Origin: Halorussus marinus
GTDB taxonomy: Archaea; Halobacteriota; Halobacteria; Halobacteriales; Haladaptataceae
DNA: 20,000 nucleotides
NCBI RefSeq assembly: GCF_004765795.1
Contig: NZ_SBIV01000003.1
Span: 419,318-439,317, forward strand
Direction: 5' to 3'
In this document: positions 1-8,194 of the stretch, in pieces
Layout: the number at the start of each line of letters is the position of its first letter
How positions within the stretch are numbered: position 1 is the first letter of the stretch
Translations under genes and position numbers: made by a program
Notes under the pieces: model-generated
What the model was told of the DNA's origin: nothing
Database searches by the model: none
The model's input: only the letters and a program-made list of their open reading frames with translations

Positions 1-1
1 C

Positions 2-2230
2 GAACACCTCTCCCACGAGGAACGCAAGCGCGCAGCGAAGAAGCGCGGACTCGACTGGCCGTCGACACGCGAAGCTCGTGACCAGTTGTTCGCGACCATC
101 ACTCAAGTCATGCGGAACGAGGACACCGCGGTCGTCGACGCGCCCACGTCGCTCGGGAAGAGCCACACCGTCGCGACGACCGCCTGGAACAGCAACCCCT
201 CGCTCAACGGCGTCGCCGGTGGCGCGCCCGTCATCCACCTGCAGGCGACTCGCGACGCTCGCGACGAGGCCATCGAGGCCGCCCAAGGCGAGGACGACAT
301 CGACCACTTCGTCCTCCGGGCCCGCCACGAGGCCTGCACGGTCGCGGCCGGTGATTACGATCCGCCCGAGGACGACGAAGACATCGACTACACCCCGATC
401 ACGATGGACGGAATGGCTGCCTCCGAGTGGATCAAGATGATGTGCGAGGGCCGCGGCCTGCCCTTCTCGCACGTCCACCGCCGCCTCGAAGACCACAACG
501 ACCAGGGCGCCGACCTCCCGTGCTGCTCGGGCCAGACCACCTACGACGAAGACGAGGGCGACTTCGACGAAACGCCCTCGGAGTGTCCCGCGATCCGGCA
601 GTGGGAGACGTTCCGTAACAAACGCGAGGAGGGTCTCGACGTCGTCTTCGCGACCCACAACTTCGCCCACGTTCCCGGCCTCCGGATGGGCACGAACATC
701 GTCATCGACGAAGAGCCCGACTTCGTCCAAGACATGGACAAACAGCGCGTCGAGGAGGCGGTCACCGCCTACCTGCAGGCGATCGACGCGCCCGTCACGA
801 ACTGGGAGTCGTTCATCACCCTCGCCCGCCACGACGGCTACCAGGGCGACGCGGCCAACGAGCGCGACGCCCTCCAGGACGCCCTCGACCAGGAGCCGCC
901 CGCCGAGCACTACTTCGAGGATCCGCGGGCCCACACGATGGCGCCGGCGCTCGCGAGAGCGATCTTCCACGCCGAAGACCGCGGGAATGGCCGCCGCGTC
1001 GGCAAAACCAGCTACGAGCCCCCGCGGCTCGACGCCCAAGTCAGCGACGAAGACGGCTGGAACCGCGAATGGGTCTCGGTCGTCCTCAGCGAGGACAACG
1101 AGCTCTGGACCGTCCGATGCGCGCCCGACTTCAGCCAGGCCCGGTCGGTCGTCGGGCTCGACGCCCACCCGGCGCGGCCGAAGTGGGCGGTCGACGTCCA
1201 CCCGAACATCCACGTCAAGGAGGTGCTCGACCCCGAGGCCCGCCAGCTGTGGCGGCGGTTCGAGCGCGGTCTTCGTGTTGTCCAAGTCGGCACGGCGACC
1301 CGGCCGCTCGCGAGCGGCGAGTACTTCAACGAGGATCAGGTCCGCGCGCTCGTCGAACACCTCCAGGACGAGTACGGCCACCAGTTCCGGACCGCCATCA
1401 CCACGAACGCCGTTGAGTCCCGTGTCCGCCAGCTGATGAAGGACGCCGGCTGCGTCGACCCCGAGACCATGCACTACGGCGAGGAGAAGAGCCGGAACGA
1501 CTTCGCCCACGAGCGCGCCGGGCTCGTCAACGGCTGCATCGACCCGGGCGACCACTTCGTCCTCGATCTCCTCGCCGAGCTCGATCTCGACGCCGAACCC
1601 GAGACCACTAGGGACGACGACGGCACCGAACACCGCGCCCACGGCCGTGGGTTCGTCGGCGAGGACGCCGAGGTCGCCAAAGAGATCCTGGCGTCAGTCC
1701 GGGAGAACCATACCGCGCAGGCCGCCGGCCGGTACGCTCGAGATCCGAGCGACCCCGACAGCCACGCCACCGTCTTCGTCCGGACCGACGCCATGCCCGC
1801 CGGGTTCGCCGACGTCCAAGTCTCGGGCGTCGAATGGGTCTACACCGACACCCAGCGCGAGATCGTGGAGTCTCTCCGGGACGCGACCGGCACGGTCACC
1901 GCGGCGGATGTCGCTGACGAGGTCGGCTGCTCGAAAGAACACGTCCGGACGACGTTCACTCGCCTCGAGGAGCGCGACCTCCTGCAGGCGTTCGAGGGTG
2001 CAGGTCCGAACGGTGCGACACTCTACGCGGACGACGGTTGTCCGAACTCGGGGATGGTCGACGTCCAGCCCTCGACTACCAACAGCAACGTATGGGAGTC
2101 CTATACGGCATCGTTGGCGATTCGCGACCCCGTCACGTCCGAGCGAGGCCCAGCTGACGAGTCGGCCACGTCGACGACGGCTCGAACGGAGGTGTGGGAC
2201 TGGCAATCGGCCAGTGACCCGCCCAGTTAG
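2..2230 (+). CDS. SF2 helicase-like replication protein (XPD/DinG-like, Cys-rich insert, C-terminal winged HTH); 5'-truncated
   Basis: Frame is open from base 2 (EHLSHEERKRAAKKRGLDWP...), so the start lies upstream of the window. Motif I APTSLGKS, motif II NIVIDEEP, motif VI-like QAAGRYAR; Cys residues between motifs I and II (ECPAIRQW...DVVFATHNF). C-terminal wHTH (VTAADVADEVGCSKEHVRTTFTRLEERDLL). Confidence 0.7.
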   Translation, partial: EHLSHEERKRAAKKRGLDWPSTREARDQLFATITQVMRNEDTAVVDAPTSLGKSHTVATTAWNSNPSLNGVAGGAPVIHLQATRDARDEAIEAAQGEDDIDHFVLRARHEACTVAAGDYDPPEDDEDIDYTPITMDGMAASEWIKMMCEGRGLPFSHVHRRLEDHNDQGADLPCCSGQTTYDEDEGDFDETPSECPAIRQWETFRNKREEGLDVVFATHNFAHVPGLRMGTNIVIDEEPDFVQDMDKQRVEEAVTAYLQAIDAPVTNWESFITLARHDGYQGDAANERDALQDALDQEPPAEHYFEDPRAHTMAPALARAIFHAEDRGNGRRVGKTSYEPPRLDAQVSDEDGWNREWVSVVLSEDNELWTVRCAPDFSQARSVVGLDAHPARPKWAVDVHPNIHVKEVLDPEARQLWRRFERGLRVVQVGTATRPLASGEYFNEDQVRALVEHLQDEYGHQFRTAITTNAVESRVRQLMKDAGCVDPETMHYGEEKSRNDFAHERAGLVNGCIDPGDHFVLDLLAELDLDAEPETTRDDDGTEHRAHGRGFVGEDAEVAKEILASVRENHTAQAAGRYARDPSDPDSHATVFVRTDAMPAGFADVQVSGVEWVYTDTQREIVESLRDATGTVTAADVADEVGCSKEHVRTTFTRLEERDLLQAFEGAGPNGATLYADDGCPNSGMVDVQPSTTNSNVWESYTASLAIRDPVTSERGPADESATSTTARTEVWDWQSASDPPS

Positions 2231-2290
2231 CGGCACGAATCCCGGACTGCTCGCCCCGAAGAGTAGCTGCAGGACTGTCCGACTACATCC

Positions 2291-2569
2291 ATGACCTCGC
2301 TCAATATCGACTCCGACCGGGTTCGAGATCTCCCACCGAGCGCGAAGCTTGTCTACTTCATCCTGCAGGAGAACGCACCCCTCACCCAAGCGGAGTTGAT
2401 CGAGCGAACTGCCCTCCCCGGTCGGACAGTCCGAGACGCCTTAGAGCGTCTCGATGACGTTGGCGTGCTCGACGAGCGCCCCTACGTCGACGATGCTCGG
2501 AAGAACCTCTACGAGCTCGCGCCAGGGTCCGAAAGAACCGGGGATAATTCCGGAACAGAATGGCACTAA
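2291..2569 (+). CDS. Winged-helix transcriptional regulator (MarR/TrmB-like, haloarchaeal type)
   Basis: DLPPSAKLVYFILQENAPLTQAELIERTALPGRTVRDALERL...DARKNLYEL matches the common haloarchaeal small wHTH pattern. Confidence 0.8.
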   Translation: MTSLNIDSDRVRDLPPSAKLVYFILQENAPLTQAELIERTALPGRTVRDALERLDDVGVLDERPYVDDARKNLYELAPGSERTGDNSGTEWH

Positions 2570-2571
2570 TA

Positions 2572-2591
2572 CCTTCTTGCCCTTTCTTTCT
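2572..2591 (+). terminator. Putative archaeal pyrimidine/T-rich terminator of the replication-regulator unit
   Basis: CCTTCTTGCCCTTTCTTTCT directly after the TAA at 2569, in otherwise GC-rich DNA. Confidence 0.35.
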
Positions 2592-2687
2592 GACAACAGG
2601 ACCGCCCGTCGCTCGGATGCTCGCGACTGCAGTTGTCGCGAGCGATGAAGGGGGACGAACCACAGCGACAGCTTTCCTCTTGAGACG

Positions 2688-3218
2688 ATGAAAGGCGCAC
2701 ACAAATTCAGCCCCAACAGCGGCGCACCACTCAGTCGCGACCGGCGGTATCCTGGAACGATCCCGCTGCGCGAAGCCCTCGACGGAAGCGGCGAACTCTC
2801 GAACGGCAAACTCGTCTCCGACACCGCGACCGCACTCGCCCGCTACTTCAAGCGGATGCATCAGCGACGCCACACCCACGAGGACGCCGAGCTCTACCAG
2901 GCGGCCGCGCTCGCGATCAAGCGACTCCGCGAGCACGACCCCTGGGACTGTTGGCTCTGGTATGCGCTCGCTGAGCGCCTCCACCGTCGCGACGACGTCG
3001 ACGCCGATGTCGCGTGGATGCTCGACCACGTCGAAGCCCGGTGTCCGCGCTGCGGGAGCCGACTCCAGTACGAACCGTCGGTCTCGGGCTACGCGAACGC
3101 GAAGTGCGCCTCGTCGTGTGGCGCCGGCCACACTGACCGCACCGTCGAGATCGTCGAGCGCGTCCTCGACCTCTACGCGGACACGTTCGACGAGATCGAC
3201 CGGATCACGCTCTTCTAA
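2688..3218 (+). CDS. Hypothetical protein with a CxxC...CxxxC Zn-ribbon
   Basis: 176 aa containing RCPRCG...KCASSCG; stop overlaps the next start (TAATG). Confidence 0.7.
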   Translation: MKGAHKFSPNSGAPLSRDRRYPGTIPLREALDGSGELSNGKLVSDTATALARYFKRMHQRRHTHEDAELYQAAALAIKRLREHDPWDCWLWYALAERLHRRDDVDADVAWMLDHVEARCPRCGSRLQYEPSVSGYANAKCASSCGAGHTDRTVEIVERVLDLYADTFDEIDRITLF

Positions 3219-3607
3219 TGCTCGAAACAGTCCCCGACGGCCACACGCTCGCTCCCCACCACTACACGTGGGGCGCGCTGCTCGCGTTCTGGGCCGCGAC
3301 CTACGCCTGGGACGCGATGACCGACCGCGAGCCAGTGGTCGTCACGCTCGGCCTCGCCGTCGGCCTGTTCTCGTTCGTCTCGATCTGGCGATTCTACTCG
3401 GTCGCCGGCTCGATCGGATCGCTGCTCGGGATCGTCATCACGACGGCCGGCCTGCTGCGCTTCCGCCAGTACGCCACCCGGGTCGCGTTCGCAGCGGCCG
3501 TGATCGGCGTGCTCGCGATGGTCGACGACTGGACGTCGCACACGCTCGAAATCTGGACGCCGCTCGACTGGCTGTTCGAGGCCTACATCCTCGGCCTCAT
3601 CACCTAA
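3218..3607 (+). CDS. Multi-pass membrane protein (His/Asp motifs HHYTWG and DDWTSH)
   Basis: 129 aa with about 4 hydrophobic segments; coupled to the upstream gene. Confidence 0.75.
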   Translation: MLETVPDGHTLAPHHYTWGALLAFWAATYAWDAMTDREPVVVTLGLAVGLFSFVSIWRFYSVAGSIGSLLGIVITTAGLLRFRQYATRVAFAAAVIGVLAMVDDWTSHTLEIWTPLDWLFEAYILGLIT

Positions 3608-3609
3608 CC

Positions 3610-3864
3610 ATGACACAACACACTGACGTTCCACGACTGATCCGCACAGTACTCGCCGGCATCATCATCCTCGGCCTCTTCGCATCCTGGCTCGGGATGG
3701 AGTGGACCGGCCGCGAACCCGACTCGCTCATCCTGCTTGGCGCCGTCGCGATCGCGCTCGGCGCCGCCTACTACCTCTGGGACGACGCGATGGGCGAGGG
3801 CGTCGCCGCAGTCGGCGACCTCCAGGGCAACGACAGCGACGACGGTGGGGAGTCCGGAGGGTGA
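3610..3864 (+). CDS. Small 2-TM membrane protein (holin-like architecture)
   Basis: ATG at 3610, 84 aa MTQHTDVPRLIRTVLAGIIILGLFASWLG...LILLGAVAIALGAAYYLW followed by an acidic tail. It is the 3' end of track ORF 2962..3864. Confidence 0.7.
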   Translation: MTQHTDVPRLIRTVLAGIIILGLFASWLGMEWTGREPDSLILLGAVAIALGAAYYLWDDAMGEGVAAVGDLQGNDSDDGGESGG

Positions 3865-4190
3865 TGCATGCCATGGCCGCAGAACCGACCCCATGCGATC
3901 GGCCGTGGTACTGCTCGGACAGGCTCGTCGACGACTGGAAGACCGTCCACCAGACGGGCGGTGATCTGAAGATGCTCAAGGGCCTGAAGATCATCCGGTC
4001 GATCGTCGTCAACATCGGCATCTCCGCCATCTCCATCCTCGGCCTGCGATACGGCGGCGACCCAACCGTCATCGTCCCGCTCGCGATCGCTGTCCTCGGC
4101 GCCTACAACGGTGTCGAGATCGCCGACTACCAAGCACTCGCCCAAGCGATCGTCGAGGTCAGTCAGGAGACCACCGCCGAGGAGGACTGA
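3864..4190 (+). CDS. Small 2-TM membrane protein (holin-like architecture)
   Basis: TGATG overlap at 3862-3866 with GGAGG at 3856-3860 (alternative ATG at 3873). Helices IIRSIVVNIGISAISILGL and VIVPLAIAVLGAY, then an acidic C-terminus. Confidence 0.7.
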   Translation: MHAMAAEPTPCDRPWYCSDRLVDDWKTVHQTGGDLKMLKGLKIIRSIVVNIGISAISILGLRYGGDPTVIVPLAIAVLGAYNGVEIADYQALAQAIVEVSQETTAEED

Positions 4191-4330
4191 TGGCGTGGAC
4201 GTGTTCGAGCGGCGTCGCCGACGACTGCTCGGAAGGAGACCTTTTCGACCCGCCCCACCGGCAGGGCGACGCCGCGATCTGCGCGGCGTGCGCTCACGAA
4301 CTCGGACTTTTGAGTGATTCCCATGACTGA
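4190..4330 (+). CDS. 46-aa Cys-rich (probable Zn-binding) microprotein, below the ORF-track size cut-off
   Basis: MAWTCSSGVADDCSEGDLFDPPHRQGDAAICAACAHELGLLSDSHD*. TGATG overlap with the upstream gene, GGAGG at 4181-4185, stop overlaps the terS start. Confidence 0.65.
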   Translation: MAWTCSSGVADDCSEGDLFDPPHRQGDAAICAACAHELGLLSDSHD

Positions 4331-4883
4331 GGACCTGACCAGCATCGACGGCGTCGGATCCGCCATCGCCGACGAGCTCCGCGACGCCGGCTACACCACC
4401 GCTGACGACGTCCGCGAAGCCACCGTCGACGAACTCGCCGACGTCCACCTGCTCGGGGAGGCCTCGGCCACCGCCATCCTCGAAGACGAGGACGACGTCC
4501 ATGGCGGCCGGCCGTCGAAGTTCGAGCAGGTCAAAGACGATCTGCTGGAGGCGGCCGAGAGCTTCCTCAACCTCAAACAGGTCGCCAACAAAGGCGGTGT
4601 CTCACGGTCGACGCTCTACAAATACCTTGACGAGCACGAGGAGTTTTCGGACAGCTTTAAGCGCGCACGTGCGCGAGCCGCCGACCAGCTCGTCCAGCGA
4701 GCGCTCGACCCCGAAGACGACATCGACACCACGTTCGCTCGATTTCTGCTCGAGCGGAGCTTCAAGTTCATCAAGACCGAGCGTCAAGAGGTCGATCTCA
4801 ACGCCGATCATAGCTTCGACGCTAGCGAGGGCGTGACTGCCGAGTTCGTCAGTTACGAGGAGGCCGGCAATGGCAACAAGTAG
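4323..4883 (+). CDS. terS: Terminase small subunit with N-terminal helix-hairpin-helix domain
   Basis: Directly upstream of and overlapping terL. HhH (LTSIDGVGSAIADELRDAGYTT) followed by GRPSKF and an HTH (QVANKGGVSRSTLYKYL), typical of TerS. Confidence 0.75.
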   Translation: MTEDLTSIDGVGSAIADELRDAGYTTADDVREATVDELADVHLLGEASATAILEDEDDVHGGRPSKFEQVKDDLLEAAESFLNLKQVANKGGVSRSTLYKYLDEHEEFSDSFKRARARAADQLVQRALDPEDDIDTTFARFLLERSFKFIKTERQEVDLNADHSFDASEGVTAEFVSYEEAGNGNK

Positions 4884-6243
4884 CACACAGTCGGCGGGTC
4901 GCGAGCCGCTGCTCCCACGGCCACGGTTCACCACCCACGAGAAGCAGGTTGACGTCCTCACCTCGGACGCCCGGTACCGCGTCCTCAAGTGGGGGCGGCG
5001 CGCCGGGAAGAACATCTGCGCGGTGATGGATCTGGTCGAACTCGGCCGCGCGCCCTGGCTCTCCGACTGGGGGACTGACGACCCCGCGAACGCAGTATTT
5101 TGGTGGGTCGGCCCGAGCTACGACCAGGCGAAGAAGTACGGGTTCGAGCCGTTGAAGAGCGCGCTCCCCAACAGCTGGATCGACGGTCAGCCTACGGAGT
5201 CTGAACCCTACGAGATCGACCTCGTCAATGGCATCACCTATGAGTTCCGGACGTTTGACCACCCGAAGACGCTGCAGGGGGCTGGCGTCGACCACGTCGT
5301 CATCGACGAGGCCGACTACATGCCGGACAACCTCTGGTATCAGGACCTCGACCCGATGCTCCTCGACTCTGGGGGCTCGGCGATGTTCATCTCGAAGCCG
5401 GTTCGCCCGCGCTCGTATTTCCAGAAGTATTTCGACCTCGGGCAGTCCGCTGACTACCCCGAGTACTTTTCCAGCCATGCGACGTCCGCCGACAACCCCT
5501 ACCTCGCTGAAGATCCCGAAGACAAGCGAGGGACGATCCCCGAGCACGACTTCCAACGCGAGTACCTCGCCCAGCTCCCCGACGACGGCGGCGAGGTATT
5601 CAAGAAACTCGGCGACCGGCTGTTCACCGCCACCTACCCGCTCAAGGGCGACATCGTCGAAGGAACCGGCGAGGCCAGACGTCCGGCAGAGAACTGCCGG
5701 CCGCCGTTCGCCGTCGGCGTCGACTTCGCCCGCCACCAGGACTACCGAGTGACGACCGTCCTCGACGCGACCGGCGAGATCGCGTACTTCTCACGCGACC
5801 AGAACGAGGGCTGGGACACCATCCAGGAGGACATCGAAGACGTCCACGCTGAGTACCCCGGCATCGTTCTTCCCGACGCCTCTCGCGACAACAAGATCGT
5901 CGCCGACCTCGCACAGGAAGGTGTCACACTTGACCCGGTCGGGATGTCGCCGAAGACGAAGAAGAGCCTGATCGACGACCTCGCGACCCGGATCGAGAAC
6001 GAGGAGCTGACCGCCCCGAGCGTTCCCGAGCTCGACCAGCTCCGACTGGAGCTTCGCCAGCTGGAGCGCGACGTCACCGAGACTGGCTACACCCGCTACC
6101 ACGCGCCCGAGACAGGGCATGACGACTGCGTCGACTCACTGGCGCTGGCCGCCTCGGCGCTCGACCGGATTACCGCGGCCGCACGCCGGCACGAGAAGCG
6201 TGACAGCGAAGATGACGACTCGACGGGAGTGAGCTACCTCTAA
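4870..6243 (+). CDS. terL: Terminase large subunit
   Basis: Walker A WGRRAGKN, Walker B VVIDEA, motif III ISKP, nuclease motifs GVDFARHQD and GHDDCVDSLALA. Confidence 0.95.
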   Translation: MATSSTQSAGREPLLPRPRFTTHEKQVDVLTSDARYRVLKWGRRAGKNICAVMDLVELGRAPWLSDWGTDDPANAVFWWVGPSYDQAKKYGFEPLKSALPNSWIDGQPTESEPYEIDLVNGITYEFRTFDHPKTLQGAGVDHVVIDEADYMPDNLWYQDLDPMLLDSGGSAMFISKPVRPRSYFQKYFDLGQSADYPEYFSSHATSADNPYLAEDPEDKRGTIPEHDFQREYLAQLPDDGGEVFKKLGDRLFTATYPLKGDIVEGTGEARRPAENCRPPFAVGVDFARHQDYRVTTVLDATGEIAYFSRDQNEGWDTIQEDIEDVHAEYPGIVLPDASRDNKIVADLAQEGVTLDPVGMSPKTKKSLIDDLATRIENEELTAPSVPELDQLRLELRQLERDVTETGYTRYHAPETGHDDCVDSLALAASALDRITAAARRHEKRDSEDDDSTGVSYL

Positions 6244-6246
6244 ATC

Positions 6247-8118
6247 ATGACAGACGACACCCCAGACGACTCGGAGACGACGGTATCGCTCTCAGTGTCG
6301 ACGCCCGGCAACAAGCGAGCGATGGAAAAAGCCGAGGAGACGACCCAGCTCGACGAACGCCGCATCGCCACCGACGTCGGCCGCGGCATCGTCCCGCCGT
6401 ACAACCCCGAGACACTTGCTGCCTTCCAGGAGCTCAACGAAACCCATCAGGCGTGCCTCCGGAAGAAGGCGCGCTACGAGGTTGGCTACGGCTTCGACAT
6501 CGTCCCCCATCCCAGCGCCGACGAACCCGACCCAGACGGTGAGGCCTACCAGACAGTCCACGACTTCTGGCATGGCTCGGACTCGCGCTGGCAGATCGGG
6601 CCCGAAGGCACCGCCGCTTCCACACCCGAGGAGGTACTCGAACTCTCCCGGCTCGACTATCACGGGATCGGCTGGGCCGCCCTCGAAGTCCTCGTCGAGG
6701 GCGACGGCACACCGATCGGGCTCGCACACGTCCCCGCGACGACCGTCCGCGTCCGCAAGACTACAACCACAGTCGAGAACGCCGACGGTGAGGAGCAGGA
6801 GGAGATCTTGAGCGGGCATGGCTACGTCCAGATCCGACAGGGCCGCCGCCGGTACTTCGGCGAGGCCGGCGACCGGTACGGTGACGACCCGACGTTCGTC
6901 GACAAGGAGACCGGCGATGTCGCCAGCAGCGTCGACGCCCTCGAGAACGAACCGGCGAACGAGCTGATCTTCATCCCGAATCCGAGCCCGATCAGCCTCT
7001 ACTACGGGATCCCCGACTGGGTCGCCGCGATGCGGACGATGGCCGCCGACGAGGCCGCCCAAGAATGGAACCACGACATCTTCGACAACCTCGGCATCCC
7101 CCACTACGCCATCAAAGTCACCGGCGGGAAGCTCACCGAGGAGTCGAAAGACCAACTCCGAGAACTCCAGCAGAACCTGAAAGGCGAGCCGTACCGGACG
7201 GCGATCCTCGAGGTTGACGAGTTCGAGCAACAGACCCCGCTGGAAGCCGAGGATGGGAGCGACGTCGAGATCGAGTTCGAGCCGTTGGGGGCGACGGACT
7301 CGAACGACATGGAGTTCCAGCAGTTCCGCGAGCGCAACGAGCACGAGATCGCGAAGGTCCACGAGGTCCCGCCGATCCTCATCAACGTCACGTCGACGTC
7401 GAACCGGTCGAACTCGGAGGCGCAGGTCCGGGAGTTCGCGGAGGACGTGATCGCGCCCGAGCAGGCGAAGTTCGAAGCCCGACTGTACCGCATCCTCCAC
7501 CAGACCGCGCTTGGCGTCGACGAGTGGACGGTCGACTTCGAGCTCCGGGGCGCCGATCGGCCCGCCGAGGAGGCGCGGACTGCCCGGACGAAGATCCAGG
7601 CGGTCCGTGGCGCGGTGCCGGTCAACCGGGCGTTGGAGATGATCGGCGAGGATCCGCTCCCCGACGATCATCCGGTCGATGGGGAGACGCTGGTCGCGAA
7701 CGTCGGCAGCGAGTTCGACGACTCCACCGAGATGGGCGTGCAGTCGATGGGTCGGCCGGAGGCTGCGCCGCCGACAGAGAACAAGGTCGGCGAGCGCTCG
7801 GGGGTCACCGTCGAGCTCGACGACCCGCTCACGCCCGACGAGGCACGGGTCGACATGATGCAGTTCGAAAGCTCGAATCTCGTCGCCGGCCTCTACGACC
7901 GGCAGACGCGCGACCTCTACATCCGCTTCCACGGCGACCCGGTCGACCGGATCTACGTCTACCTCGACGTCCCCGAAGACACGTGGGCCGGCCTGAAGGA
8001 CGCCGCCTCGCACGGCTCCTATCACCACGAGCACATCAAGTGGGACTTCGTCTACGAGGAGCTGACCGACACCAGCGGGTGGCCGCAGATTGGGGCCGCA
8101 GCGCCGACCGACGACTAG
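6247..8118 (+). CDS. Portal protein (PBSX/HK97-like) with C-terminal KTSC domain
   Basis: Follows terL; portal motifs (LAHVPATTVRV, YYGIPDW, IAKVHEVPPILI). The last ~85 aa (SSNLVAGLYDRQTRDLYIRF...YVYLDVPEDTWAGLKDAASHGSYHHEHIK) fit the KTSC consensus. Confidence 0.9.
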   Translation: MTDDTPDDSETTVSLSVSTPGNKRAMEKAEETTQLDERRIATDVGRGIVPPYNPETLAAFQELNETHQACLRKKARYEVGYGFDIVPHPSADEPDPDGEAYQTVHDFWHGSDSRWQIGPEGTAASTPEEVLELSRLDYHGIGWAALEVLVEGDGTPIGLAHVPATTVRVRKTTTTVENADGEEQEEILSGHGYVQIRQGRRRYFGEAGDRYGDDPTFVDKETGDVASSVDALENEPANELIFIPNPSPISLYYGIPDWVAAMRTMAADEAAQEWNHDIFDNLGIPHYAIKVTGGKLTEESKDQLRELQQNLKGEPYRTAILEVDEFEQQTPLEAEDGSDVEIEFEPLGATDSNDMEFQQFRERNEHEIAKVHEVPPILINVTSTSNRSNSEAQVREFAEDVIAPEQAKFEARLYRILHQTALGVDEWTVDFELRGADRPAEEARTARTKIQAVRGAVPVNRALEMIGEDPLPDDHPVDGETLVANVGSEFDDSTEMGVQSMGRPEAAPPTENKVGERSGVTVELDDPLTPDEARVDMMQFESSNLVAGLYDRQTRDLYIRFHGDPVDRIYVYLDVPEDTWAGLKDAASHGSYHHEHIKWDFVYEELTDTSGWPQIGAAAPTDD

Positions 8119-8194
8119 CCCGTGGACGCCGATGACCCAGGGGAGGTCCCGGCTCTCCTGTGCGAGGCACGACCGGGACGCACGGATTCCATCG

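Noticed and set aside
2640..2665. Hammerhead-like words (GATGA...GAAC)
   Set aside because: Lacks the CUGANGA and GAAA core.
2962..3609. N-terminal part of track ORF 2962..3864
   Set aside because: Arg/Ser-rich alternative frame overlapping two real genes; only the portion from ATG 3610 looks coding.
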